DNA of 64,000 nt from Takakia lepidozioides (taxonomy: Eukaryota > Plantae > Bryophyta). The translations under genes were made by a program, and so were the position numbers. A model generated the notes under the pieces. It ran no database searches. It saw only the letters and a list, made by a program, of their open reading frames with translations, and was not told where the DNA came from. The DNA lies in NCBI GenBank assembly GCA_030704615.1, contig CM060733.1, positions 71,052,001-71,116,000 of the forward strand, written 5' to 3'. Below, in pieces: positions 16,001 to 28,190 of the stretch (positions are counted from its first letter, which is position 1; the number at the start of each line of letters is the position of its first letter).

Positions 16001-19000
16001 AAACCATGCTTTGTCGCGTTATTAGACCTGCTTGGAGTACGGATCTGCTATATGGGTTGTAACTCCAACCAGGCTAAGTCTCTAGAATCCATTCAAGTGG
16101 GGGTGCTTAAGGAGTGTATGTCAGCATGCGCCAAAACAGCCAATGTGGCTGTTCGGGGTGAGTTTGGCATTCCGTCCTTAAGCTCCCGACGAGATGAATT
16201 CAAGGTCAGATGGTGGGGTCAGCTGCAACATATGCCCAACACCAGATATCCTAAGTTAATCGACTCTATATCTTGGAAACAGGACCGCCCTGTCAAACAG
16301 GCTAAGTCCTGGCAGAAGAGAGTAGAAGAGATCCTCAAGGACCTGGACCTGGATCCGCAAGTCTTGACCCTGCTGGATAAATCTGACTTAGAGGCTGTAG
16401 TGTCCTCAGCCATGTCTGTTGCCATGAGATTGTCTGATGAAAATGAAGTTAGGCAGAAAACTTCCCTGAACTTGTTTCCAGTCTGTGACATGGGGGAGGA
16501 CATCTTGGATGACCTCAAGGGTCTACCCACTCTCGGCACTAGACTGAAATTTAAACTCAGGGCAGGAAGCCTACCTTTGAACAGCAAACAGAAGCAGAGA
16601 GGAAAGGGAGAGTGCAATTGCCCGTTGTGTGGGCAATCTGAAGACAGTATTCGTTTTCTGATACACTGTCCGGGGTTCTCTCACCAAAGAGACGCTCTCT
16701 TCAAATCTATTAAGGGAATTGTGCCTGTACCCCTGTTTACCAACTTTGAAAGTCTCGAGGCTGAGCCAAAAGCCCAGGCCCTCCTGAGGCCTAGTTTTTG
16801 GGCAAATCACACACAGCAGATTGATGCTTGTGTGAAGGGATTTCTAGAGGATATCTGGAAAACCCGGATTAATTCTTTATATGGAGGTAAGTCTTACTAC
16901 CAACGTCAGCCCCTGACAGAGGTAGGTTCTGTCCCTTTTGTTCCCGCTCAAACTGGGCGCGGGGTCAATGGCCACAAGGCTACGGCAAACAACGTCTTAT
17001 GAGTACAATCTGTGGGTCTGTGTGTCTCTGTCTCTCTTTAGTTCTACTGAAACTGGGCTCGGGGTTTATGGCCACAAGGCTAAGGCAAACATCTTCTGAG
17101 TACATTCTCTCTCCCTCTCTGTCTCTGTCTCGTGTCAACGAAGTTAGGCATAAGACTTCCCTGACCTCGTTTCCAGTTTGTGACATAGGTGAGGAAGTTA
17201 AAGATGATCTGAAAGGCCTACTACCCTCGGCATCAGACTGAAATTCAAACTCAGGGCAGGGATCCTATCTTTGAGCAATAAACAGATGCACAGAGGAAAG
17301 GTAGATTGTTAATGCCCAATGTGTGGGCAGCCTGAAGACAATATCCATTTTCTGATACAATTCTGGATATTATTATCAGAGAGTGACCCTCTTTAGGACC
17401 ATCAAGAACATAGTCCCTGCACAGCTGTTCACCAACTTTCAAAATCTTGAGGCTGAGCCTAAAGCCCTGGCCCTGTTTGGGTCTGAGTGCTGGGCAGCTC
17501 ACACACAGCAGATTGATACTTGTGTGAAGGGCTTTCTAGAGGATATCCGAAAGCCTGAACCAATTGTTTATACCAAGGTAAGTCCCACTACTGGAGTGAG
17601 CCCCTCAAAAATGTAGTGTCTGTTAGGTCTTGTTCTGCCCAGACTGGGCACGGGCTCTATGGCTGTAAGGCTACGCAAAATGTAGTCTTATCAGTACATT
17701 CTCTCTCTGTCTGCACTACTTCGATACTGACTGGCAGTGCAACCAGTAGAACCAGGAAAATTTCAGATCATTTCCAGGTAGAGGGCTTCAGTAGCTGTGC
17801 TGGAGTTAACATCATAATCTCTAGTATGAGGTCAATGCCAGCTCGTACATTAATACATGTGGACAGAAACCCGCAATCTCTTTGGGGATGATTAGTAGTC
17901 CGCAATGGCCTTAAGGGCAGTGTTAGCAAGCCAGGGGGTCAATGAGTCCATCTCCCAGGCTATGCTCATACCCTGATGGGTGAAAACCCGAAGACTTGAG
18001 TATTCAGTGAGTTTCTCTCATTCTCGGATCAAAATATGAGCAATATCAGGTCACCTGATATAGTAATCATTGAATCTCTCAATTTCGGATCATAATTTGA
18101 TCGTATGAATATCAGGTTGGGGTGAAGGAAGTTATTGGTGCTAATGCACCTGAATGAAGCCATGCAGGTCTTGCAAGTTTTGCTAGCATAAGCTACATGA
18201 GCAGCTCCCATTCATTGAGTTGGGAAAGTGACAATCAGTAGTTGTTTAGTGAGATTGAAGTTGTCCAGCTGCACTATTTGCAAGCACTTGAATCTGACTT
18301 GGCTATATGAAACAACTGCGATGTGCAGATGGTGTGCTCGCAGAGTTCAGTGTTCCCATGTGAGAAACTGTGCGGAAATCTTTTGGCTTGTGGAAACCAT
18401 ACCTGTCAAAGGCTGTGCCACTGTGTTACAGTTCCCCGCTATAGTTCTGAAACACAGGTACAGGAGGGACAGGCAAATGGACCTCCCCAGGGGAATTCGC
18501 CTGGGCCTACCAAGAGTGCCCGGGGGAGCTTGGGTAGTTCAACAGCTCATGAGAATGGGTCCATAAGGGAGAAACCTGTTGGGGAGGGCTTGTCTCTGAC
18601 AGCAAGAACCACCATTGCACAATCCGTCGACACCTGTGAGAAGTGCTCCTTACAGTGCCAGAAGGTAAGAATGTTTGTGTTCCCATGACTTTTCTTGTTT
18701 GCATTGAGCAAGAGCCTACATATTCATGTTGAACATTGTTGGATTTCCTGCATAATACTGGCTTGCCATAGCCTTGTGGCTGACGTGAGGCAATCACATG
18801 GAATAGAGAGTACTTATGAACTATCACGCCAATTTGTCTACTAAATTTACGGACCTTTAAGCTGTGATTTTGCACTAGCATGTATGCAAGGTAGGTCTTC
18901 ATTAGAGATTCCTGGTTGTTTCTCCCAATCTGTAGATGATGATAACTGCACAAACAGAAATAACAGAAGAACACTGCAACCAACAGTACTCTAAAAACCC

Positions 19001-21146
19001 AGCAATTCCAAATCCAGGATTTGAAAACCAGCTGATGCCTCTACGACGGGGATTTAAAATAGAGCTCTGGCATATGAAAGCCACTACTTACCTGTAACAT
19101 TAAAATGAAACAGAGGCGGGCGGATTGGTGCACTCATCCGTGCCGACAAGCTTGCCACCAAGGGGAATGCTCACCTTGCAAAACACTGGTCAAGTGTGCA
19201 TGCTATTGTGGGGCGTTGGTTCACACATTTGAATGCACTTCATACAATGCTCAATCTGATGAGATACGGGCCAAAATTCTATCTTGTGGGGGCCCTTGCC
19301 ACAGGTATGCAAGTACAGGCATCCATCCTTCTTTCCTTTGTCACCCTCCATCATATTCTATTTGTCCCTGCTTTGCCTACTGGCAAATTGTCTGAAGTCT
19401 ATGTGGCGGCTGGCAAGTTCTGTGAACTTGTTCGTTTGTCAGCACTTAAGCTGGAACATAAAACATTCACATCCAGCATAGGACCGTGACGACCGACTGG
19501 TCTGTCGAGAGATAATATGATCTGTTCAGTTTAATGGAGAAGACTGAAGTTCTCGAGCCGATGTCATCAACTCCTGGTTCAGTGCTATTGGACTACTACT
19601 TGCTTGCTGCTACATCCTGCTTGGGACATTCGGTCCAGCTAGCCTCGTCTTCATCTTCCTCCTCCTCATCCTCAACATCGTCTCCGCCGTCAACCTCTTC
19701 AGCAACATTGTCATTCTCTAAAAGACTCAAAGCTGTTGGTCTGGTTTTTGTACATTGTGACATCTGCTCATCTTTGAAAGACTTGGTGGGTTCCATTTGA
19801 CAGGAAACTTCCAAGTTGCACACATTTGTGCCCTGATATATGCCACCCAGGCCCTTGTCCAACAGCTAGGAAATGCCATAAGAAGGTAAGCCATTCTGCT
19901 TCATACAACCCACTTAGTGAACTTGGTTCTACAGAATGCTTACTCAGTATTCCATTGTCAGCCTTACACTGAATGCCTGGTGGCCATGGCATTTTCACTT
20001 GCTAAGTTGGTTCTTATTGTCTAATCTAGCATGGTTGTGTCCCTAATTGCAATTACTGTGAGTTGGCAACTTGTTTTTTTCTTCCAGAGTGTCTTGATGT
20101 GCCTGTGCAGGTTACAGTGCGGTGTGCATGCCAGCGGCTCAGGAAAGAAAAGCTATGTTCTGAGGTACAGGTTGCTCCACACAGTGGGAGGGGTATGGCT
20201 AAAAGTCTTCCTAGAGGCGGACTTGGGCTCCTGCCTTGTGACCAGGAGTGCCTGCACTTGGCTGCTGACCGTAAGGCCAAAGAGGAGATCGAGCAGCTCA
20301 ATCAACGGAAGTATAAGGAACCTGAGGTATGGGCTGGTTTGCATTTGGGTACCACAGAGGATTCAGGAAAGGGGAAGTCATTTCAATACGAACAAGGAAA
20401 TCAGAATTTGTGTTGAGCTAAGCTGGACTTGCTGGGACTTCCGAGGAGACTAATTTAAAGGATGTTGTTCAAGGCTGTGCAGTTGTCCAATTGTTGGACT
20501 GTTGCAGAGCCGGCTCCAGATACGGTTTTTAATGGAGAAGACTGAAATATCTCAGGGATTGTATTTCAATGATGAGTCAAGCAGCTACCTCTATCATTTG
20601 TTCAAATATCTGAAGGCGGCCTTCTTAAACTCATGTAATTTGAGATAAGATATACTTCTCTTGTTGTGGGCGAAGGGTATCGGTCCTCATCCCAATTAAT
20701 ATTGTGTCGCAGGCCAAGGGGATGGTAATGAAGACATCAAAGAGGTGCAGACCACATGATTTTACAGATGACAAGGGCAAGGACTGGCGCTTTTGGGTAT
20801 GAGAGCGCTTCACCCTCGTCATTTATTTACTGTGACTGGAAGAACGGTAGCTCTGGAAGTACAAGTCCAATGCAATACCTTAAGGCTAAAATCGTACCGA
20901 TCTGTACTTTCCTCATCGAATGTAGATTGTCCATTACTCTTTTTCATATAACTTTCATACTTTGTTCATCAATTGCAGATTTCAATGTCAAGAGCAGGGA
21001 GCTGGTTGTTGAGGCTGTCCTTGGTCCTCTGTGTTATCCTTTTGATCTTCTACGGCTACAGAGGCCTTCTTACACTCTCATATTGGATGAATGCACGTGA
21101 TGCAGCAAAGCCTCGAAGGCGACTACCCGGAAGTTATGGGCCTTAG
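7001..21146 (+). CDS. NFXL2: NF-X1-type zinc finger protein (NFXL2-like), 15 exons: 7001-7316, 10845-11319, 11661-12171, 13050-13163, 13491-13546, 14241-14307, 14729-14821, 15195-15280, 15701-15866, 18329-18664, 19114-19304, 19804-19885, 20111-20326, 20713-20796, 20979-21146
   Basis: N-terminal RING/PHD-like CLICLEKV...WDCKMGCHAVFHLICIQAWA...WHCPKCR; many NF-X1 repeats (CGHECTLLCHPGPCPTCP etc.); C-terminal hydrophobic helix followed by FYGYRGLLTLSYWMN as in plant NFXL2. GT-AG boundaries are in phase. Confidence 0.9.
8755..10348 (-). mobile_element. Cluster of RTE/RTEX-like LINE fragments in NFXL2 intron 1 (~8755-8910, ~9015-10180, ~10201-10348)
   Basis: RPTLEYASAIW...LESIQ...NVAVRAEFG...RWWGKL and C-terminal CPLCGQPEDNIHFL. 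The shared 3' tip GGCCACAAGGCT...GAGTAC is followed by (CT)n. Confidence 0.8.
15890..17710 (+). mobile_element. RTE/RTEX-like LINE 3' portions in NFXL2 intron 9 (~15890-17010, 3' tip ~17050-17120, ~17135-17710)
   Basis: ORF 15818-17002 encodes the post-RT region plus the CCHC knuckle CPLCGQSEDSIRFLIHCP, with the stop right at the GAGTACA 3' end. The copy starts just after a (CT)n tract and is 5' truncated. Confidence 0.85.
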
Positions 21147-22523
21147 TCAGTTCTGGCACCACATTTACAAGCATAGAGGTTGATAATTCCACGGAAATTA
21201 GTTGCACAAGGCTTGCTTAGACCCCAATAATTTTTAGGCTACAAATATTTGCTTGTCTTTCTGAAGTGTACTTGGTAACCCACTGCATGTTTCAACATTT
21301 GCTGGACATTGTTACCCAAGAGAGTACCAAGCGACATGATTCTTTTGATACGTTGCCTTGATTGCCTCATGAAAATAAATGCCAATCGATAAAGATTATA
21401 TGGCCCCTCCCTTCTTTGTATCACCAGCCATGTTTTCATGTTATTTTCATGTTATTTTCATGTTATTTTCATGCTTCCAAAGTCGTACTGGTTGTGAGTC
21501 TGTCAGGTTTCTTAGGGTTGCAAGATAAGGTTTGTGCCTTGAATGAAGATCAGTTGATGATGTAGAGTCACAAATTTGGATTTCTGCGGCGCCATGTCAT
21601 TTGCTGATAATCCTGATTGTTGATAACAACTCATCTACACGGGGAGTGTGTTATATTACAGCAGCGACTGCAGAGAAAGGCACTAAAGATCTTTGTAGAT
21701 TCTATGGGAATATTTTCACTCTCCAAACAGTGCACGCCAAACTAGAATCTTGGAACTTCCTCAAGTTCTGAATGAATCCACAACAAAGTGGTTCGCCAGA
21801 TTGGTATCAATTCACCAAAAGCTTGAGTCTTCATGAAACCCAACTTATCACACAGGCGGTAAGTTTGCAATCTTAAGAAGTTGCCGCCACAAACTGGGAT
21901 GTTTACGGTATCCAACAGGCCACTCATAGGGCTACACGATATGTTTTTCTTAGGATGTCTGAAGCAACACCTGATGGTTGTCCAATTTCGTCCAGCTGTC
22001 TACCTCCTATCGACCCTCCTACTTCTACGCTAGTGCCTCCTGCGGCCCCACTGATTGGCTCTTCCCACAGTGTCGGGTTGCCTGACCTTCCCAAACTGGC
22101 CAAATGAATTGGGGAACATAGCATAGTTTTCTGCACCGTCCATTTCCGAAAGGTCGGAATGTGGACTTCGCCACGGTTGACAATTTAATTTCGCAGAAAT
22201 GCGGGGAGGAATGATAGAGGTGGACAGCACTACCGGTGTGGTTCGAGCCACAAATTTATCTCGTTACGGGTGTTAGGGAGGATGGTTGTTTCAGCAGAAG
22301 CTTTACAAAGCTACAAATTTCTTTTCGCTGATGGTGGAAAACGAAAGCACTCTGCTGAAGAGACGCAGTCAAGCCTGGTGATGCATCAAACGTCAGTCCT
22401 TGGAAGTGGAAGTTGGCAGGTAGGTTGTGTTTGTTGCAGGGAACAGCGGGTTTTGAGGAGGGAGAGAGATAAGTAAATTGGGTTCGACAGGTGACGGGCA
22501 TTGAACAGTATCCGAAGGCTGAG

Positions 22524-25500
22524 ATGAGGGTTATAGTGCCCCTGAAGGGGCTACTGCAAGGACCCTATGGTATTGCGCTTGGTTCGATCCTCCCATTGAT
22601 GTGCTTCTACTTCATGCAGCTACGCCCCAAGAGAAATGCTCCACCTTCGCTCCCTGATGAAGGTCAACTTGCTGATGAGAGTGAACCTGAGGCATCCATC
22701 GCAGAAAGGGCAGTTTCTTTGATATCCAGAAAGGACATGCCATATGTACTAGGAGAAAAAGAGCTTGCAGACAATCCATATGACGCTCTGCAGAACCCTG
22801 AAGGTTGCATTGAGCTTGGTCTGGCAGAGAATAAGGTACACATGGCATGCATTGTAGTTTGAGAACCTATCAATGCTTCTGGCTTCAATTTTGGATAGCA
22901 TAGCAGATACAGCTTGGAGGATGTGGATGCTGGGACTGAAAACGGGAGGATTACTGGAGACGAATTTTAGGGACGGGGGTTGACTTGAATCATGGCTACT
23001 GCCCATCCAAGAGATGCTGACTGGATTAAGTTTACCTTGGTTGTGGATCAGCGTCGTATGTGACCCTGTTACAGCTCTTGTGGTCGGCTAGGACGTGTTG
23101 TGTATGTGTTTGATGACCGTCTACACTTTGTGATTGCCAGCTGTGTCTTGATCTATTACAAGATTGGCTCTCCTCCTACAAATGTACCTGCACTTGGGAT
23201 GACAAGTTTTTGGGCTTGAAGGAAGTTGCAGGCTATGTGAACCGCCGGGGTCTTGAGAGCTTGAGAACTGTAAGTTCACACTCCTTCTGCAAAGCAGAGG
23301 AGCGCAAACTTCAAAAAACTGAGCTATTGATGTTTGAACAATAGTACACATTTGTTAGCTAACTGCCCTATTGTTGAGACGAAACACCAAGCTGCCTTGA
23401 GAAGTTCAGATGATTTCTCTGCTGTAATGCTTTAGATGGGTTCAAAAACATTGCTTATGGTACATGCCTGCTCCTAGTTCGTGGTTTGTCTGAATGTGTG
23501 ACATTCTGTCTTCCGGAGTAGCAAATACTTTGTGGATCTGTTTGTACTTTCCAAAGCATTCTAGTTGCTTGTAGTTTACCGGATTTTGCATGGAACAGCT
23601 CGCAAGTGCTCATTTGGATCTGAGATTAGGGATGGGAGAAAGGGAGGGTAGGTGCTGGCAAGGTTCATGGGAGTTGCAATGGGTGGTCGAGTGAAGTTTG
23701 AGGGAGCACAAATGGTAGTCACTGCAGGGGCGACATCCACCATTGAGATGATGGCGTTCTGCTTGGCGCAGCCCGGGGATGCTTTCTTGGTTCCAGCCCC
23801 TTATTATGCAGGGTGTGTCTTTTGACTCCTTTTAGGCTAGGAACACTCCCAGACTATGGATATGCAGATTCTTATTTCATTACCAGACATGGTTTTTCTC
23901 AATATTATCTTTTTCCCCCTTCCCTTCCACCAATGGTCCCCCATCTCTCTTTTAATGCCTATTTTGGTGGACTTTACATACCCTTGTGGCGGAAATCTCC
24001 TGATCAAAATCCTGGAGCATCTCTGGGGACTATGCCTTAAACAGTAGGTCATAGCCACCATTTACAGGGAATAGTCATAGAGGACCCTCACTCTCTCTCT
24101 CTCTTCCCCTCCCTTTTGTTCCCGCTCAAACTGGGCGCGGGGTCAATGGCCACAAGGCTACGGCAAACCACGTCTTATGAGTACAATCTCTTCCCCTCTC
24201 TCTACATATGTAACAAAGTTAGGCATAAAACTTCCCTGAACTTGTGTCCAGTTTGTGACCTGGGGGGGACCTTAAGGATGATCTGAAGGGCCTACCTACC
24301 CTTGGCACTAGACTGAAATTTAAACTCAGTTGTGGGGAGTCTACCTTCGAATAGAAAAGCAGATGCAGAGAGGAAAGGGAGATTGTCAATGCCCGATGTG
24401 TGGGCTGCCTGGAGACAATATCCATTTTCTGATACAATCATCACAGAGCGACCCTCTTCAGGACCATCAAGAACATAGTCTGTGCACCTCCGTTCACCAA
24501 CTTCCAAAATCTCGAGGCTAAAGCCCTGGCCCTGTTGGGGTCCAACTGGGCAGCTCACACTCAGCAGATTGATGCTTGTGTGAAGGGCTTTCCAGAGGAA
24601 ATCTGGAAAGCCCAAACTAATTGTTTATATCAAAGTAAGTCCCACTACTGGAGTGAGCCCCTCACAAAGGTAGTGTCCGTTCCCTCTTATTCCGCCCAAA
24701 CTGGGCACGGGGTCTATAGCCTCGAGGCTACAGCAAACGTCGTCTTACAAGGACATTCTCTACACGTGTGTATTCCATTCAGCTGTGTCCAACCCCACAG
24801 CGGATCCATGGCCACAAGGCTTCTCAAAGCACAGGATTAGGCCTTTCCCTCATGCTTTTTGTATTGGAACACCAGGTTGTATTACATATCTTGGTTACTC
24901 TAGAGTCTGGTAGTTTGTTGGTCCGTTCAGAGGGTCTGAGAGTTGAAGTTTAAGAATGTCTTGTTTTATGTGCGTACTTGGTATAACCTTTTGCAAATCT
25001 TTAACGTTTGCTCTAGGTTGCATATCAACTTGGCAGTCTGGTCTGTCGGGTGGCGAATGAACTTGTCACAGGTTTTCTACAGGAAGTTAGCTCCATGGTC
25101 TAGGATGCACCTTAGTACTACATAAGCAACTGGAAGTTTGATTGTATTTACTATGCAACTGGTTCTGCAGGTTTGATAGGGACATAAAGTATCGCAGCCA
25201 AGTGGAGCTTGTACCAGTGCATTGTTATAGCTACAACAATTTTTCGATAACGAGAGGAGCCCTGGAGAGCGCTTTCCTCAGGGTACAACAGAGGGGCACG
25301 AAGGTGCGTGCGGTTCTTCTTACATCCCCATCGAATCCAGTGGGGAATGTACTTGATACAGCCACCTTGAGTTCTGTCTTGAGCTTCGTGAAGGACAAAA
25401 ACATACACCTTGTGGCAGATGAAATTTATGCAGCGTGTGTCTTTACAGAGACAAAATTTGTGAGTGTCGCAGAGGTTATAAGCTCAGAACAGCACGATTC

Positions 25501-26020
25501 AAGTCGCGTTCACATAATCTATGGGCTCTCCAAAGATTTGGGTCTTGCTGGGTTTAGGGTGGGAGTGTTATACTCCTGGAACAAGCAACTCTTGGATGCC
25601 ACCAGCAGACTGGCTCGCTTTTGTGCGGTTTCGAGCCAAACCCAGAAGCTTCTTGTTGCTTTGCTTTCAGATATGCAATTTGTGGACAAATTTCTAGTTG
25701 AAAACCGAAGAAGAATCACTGAAAGACAGCAAGGGGTAGTCACTCAGTTAGAACAAGCTGGTATCAAGTTTGCAAAGAGTATGGGTGGCTTGTATTGTTG
25801 GATCAATCTTAGACATCTCCTGACATCCATCAGTCGGGAAGAGGAATTGAAACTGTGGAGATACTTGCTATATAAAGCAGGTTTACACTTGACTCCTGGC
25901 TCTGATTGTTGGTGCGATGAGCCTGGCTGGTTTCGTCTTTGTTTTGCTGGTGTCGATGACGAGACCATGGCCGTTGCCTTGCAGCGCATCCAGCAACTTG
26001 CCTTGGGAGTTACATATTAG
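22524..26020 (+). CDS. ACC-synthase-like PLP-dependent enzyme (ACS10/ACS12-like); exons 22524-22835, 23141-23269, 23652-23812, 25171-26020
   Basis: N-terminus MRVIVPLKGLLQGPYGIALGSILPLMCFYFMQL resembles ACS10/12. Motifs NPYD...NPEGCIELGLAENK, AGAT...[34 protein letters not shown], PLP-lysine GLSKDLGLAGFRVG and EPGWFRLCFA are present. Canonical 4-exon ACS structure. Confidence 0.9.
24110..24762 (+). mobile_element. RTE/RTEX-like LINE fragments in ACS-like intron 3 (3' tip ~24110-24195 and ~24210-24762)
   Basis: The tip is near-identical to 16930-17010. The longer piece is homologous to 17135-17710. Both are flanked by CT-rich tracts. Confidence 0.8.
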
Positions 26021-27030
26021 GGTTGTCATGAGGTCGTGGGGTTCATCCGTGACTAGGAGACTACTCGCACTTCTCTCTTTTGTTTTGTGTAATTAAGGGT
26101 TGTGTCAAAAGACATATTGTTCAATCAAAATTTGTGGCTCACTGCCTTTGTGTACAAGTTTGCTATTTCAATGTTGGCATATGTTGTAGTAGTTTTTTAC
26201 CGGATTACTAGAAGACCCAACCAGGTAACATGATCGGACCCCTTTCACTAACAAGCACAGCTGCCTACTTGGGTGGCAGACACCCAATTTGCTACATGGA
26301 TTTTACTTGCATGAGATTATGGTTTCACAATGTGCTGCCAATGAATATAGGAGAGGGAGGGTGGCCCATTTTGCTTACCTCTAGCAGCAGAACAGTGCTT
26401 GTGAAACTATAAGGTTCTGTGTAATTAGGCAAGTGAAAGCTTGCTGGAGTGAGGATGTCAGCTCTCTGCGAACATTAAACCAACGTTTATAGAGGATTAT
26501 CACTAGCACATAGCACAAGGATTAAAACAACATTTATATAATATAACCTTAACCCCTAAAGGCCTACAGCTTTTTCAACCCCGGACTGCAAAATCTGCAC
26601 CCCTGGCCACCTTTTTATTCATTACTAAAACTGTGCTAAGATCTATACAGCTTGACAATTCAATCATGTTCTTAACATGTTCCTAACTATATCCCTTACC
26701 TCCACCTCAAATTTCATGATTTTTTTCAGTAAGAATTGGAATCTTATAACCATTTTGGGTATATTTCCTTTGTAGTGATCCGGAGGGGAGTTCACACTTG
26801 CATTTTCAGCCACCTTTATTATTTTAATAAAGAATTGGTTTTGTTGTTAAAAAATTGGAACGGTACTCCCAATGTTCTCAATCAAGTCCAAAAGGTCCTG
26901 GGAGGAGGGGGAGCTGGAGCGATGTGAGCTCCGTGGTCTGCGGGGAGGCGCTCAAAGGTCTCTTCGTCTCTCCCGATCCATCTCCTTCTGATCCTCCACC
27001 GCTCATCAATTTGTATGTTGACTTCTGCTT

Positions 27031-27776
27031 TGTCGTGCGCATACATATCGCTACACAACTACATCGTTGTCCAAACCACACAACAAATATGTACACCACA
27101 TCAACCAACAGGAAATAGAGATTGTGAAATCATACCGGTATCTCTGGGTCTGCTTATCCACTCCCTGGGCAAAATTCCAGTTTGCATCAACTGCCCTGGA
27201 CAGATTGACGAAGGGCAAGGCGGCCTCCATCCGCCTTCAGGCCAAATGCAAACAAATACATGATCTACGCCAACCCCTAACCAAAAAGTGGCTATTTGAC
27301 AGCGTTGTCACCGCTGCCGCCACTTATGGTTGAGTTCTGGGCACCTGGTGTCCCAGTCTCTTAGTGGGAAAAAATTCTGGAAACGGTCTGCCACAATGAT
27401 GCACAAAACCAAACCAACATTTCACTCATAAAATAAGAGTCAAGCCTAAGGCACCCCAAGCCATGGGGACTCCACCTTTACTACGACAAACTCATGCACA
27501 CATGCTGCTGCAAGCTCGCCGCCGTGAGGCTCAACTCGAGAGAGTTGAGCCTCACACGACGAGCGTACGGATAACTACGTGCAGGTGTCAAGTTAACCTT
27601 GGCACCTCCTTTTGTCACTTGGCCAGGTCCAAGTGCAAACTTATTAACTAGATATTATTGAGCTAGTTTCACACTAACAGTTAATTTAACTTGTCGTGCG
27701 CATACATATCGCTACACAACTACATCGTTGTCTAAACCACACAACAAATATGTACACCACACAACGGTCTGCCACA
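27031..27776 (-). repeat. Terminal repeat block of copy 1: B1 (27692-27776), A (27396-27691), B2 (27031-27100 + 27382-27395)
   Basis: The two 85-bp B copies are nearly identical (TGTGGCA...GCACGACA on the minus strand). B2 is interrupted by a LINE fragment. A is homologous to 58410-58661. Confidence 0.85.
27101..27381 (+). mobile_element. Internal LINE (RTE/RTEX-like) RT-distal fragment inserted in repeat B2
   Basis: EIEIVKSYRYLWV...KWLFDSVVTAAATYG resembles the post-RT F-x-YLG...LF-x-x-x-V-x-x-x-x-x-YG region. Removing it restores B2. Confidence 0.65.
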
Positions 27777-28037
27777 ATCGACCCCTTAGCTGGTGTTTAG
27801 GTCCCTCTAACTCCAGGTGGCTATAAGATGTGATAGTAGCCATAACCTCACTCGATCATCTACCACCGTCCCTATTGTACTCAAACTCGATAGATCAAGA
27901 GGTCGGGTGTTGGAGTAGCCCCATCGTTAATCGCCGTCTTGCAATTTGTGAACTTGAGCCAAAAATCTCGTGTATTGGTCTCATAGTAGCTTGGCTTTGC
28001 GTTTCTTGTTAGCCTTCCATGGTTGTATCCACAGCCA

Positions 28038-28190
28038 TTATCCAATGCAACGTGGACATAACCAATCCCCATCAGGAACCATCTCAAGAGGTGGCGTCAA
28101 GCATCCCATGTGCCAACCTCTTGAGCATTGATCACACACCAGCATGGTGGCTGCCCCTCTGGCAAACCCACACAACATGCACCGCAAACC
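28038..28190 (-). other. PHD finger at integrase C-terminus (copy 1)
   Basis: CMLCGFARGAATMLVCDQCSRGWHMGCLTPPLEMVPDGDWLCPRC = Cys4-His-Cys3. Confidence 0.9.

Noticed and set aside
15818-17002. 394-aa host gene nested in NFXL2
   Set aside because: The ORF is LINE 3' coding sequence whose start overlaps NFXL2 exon 9 out of frame.
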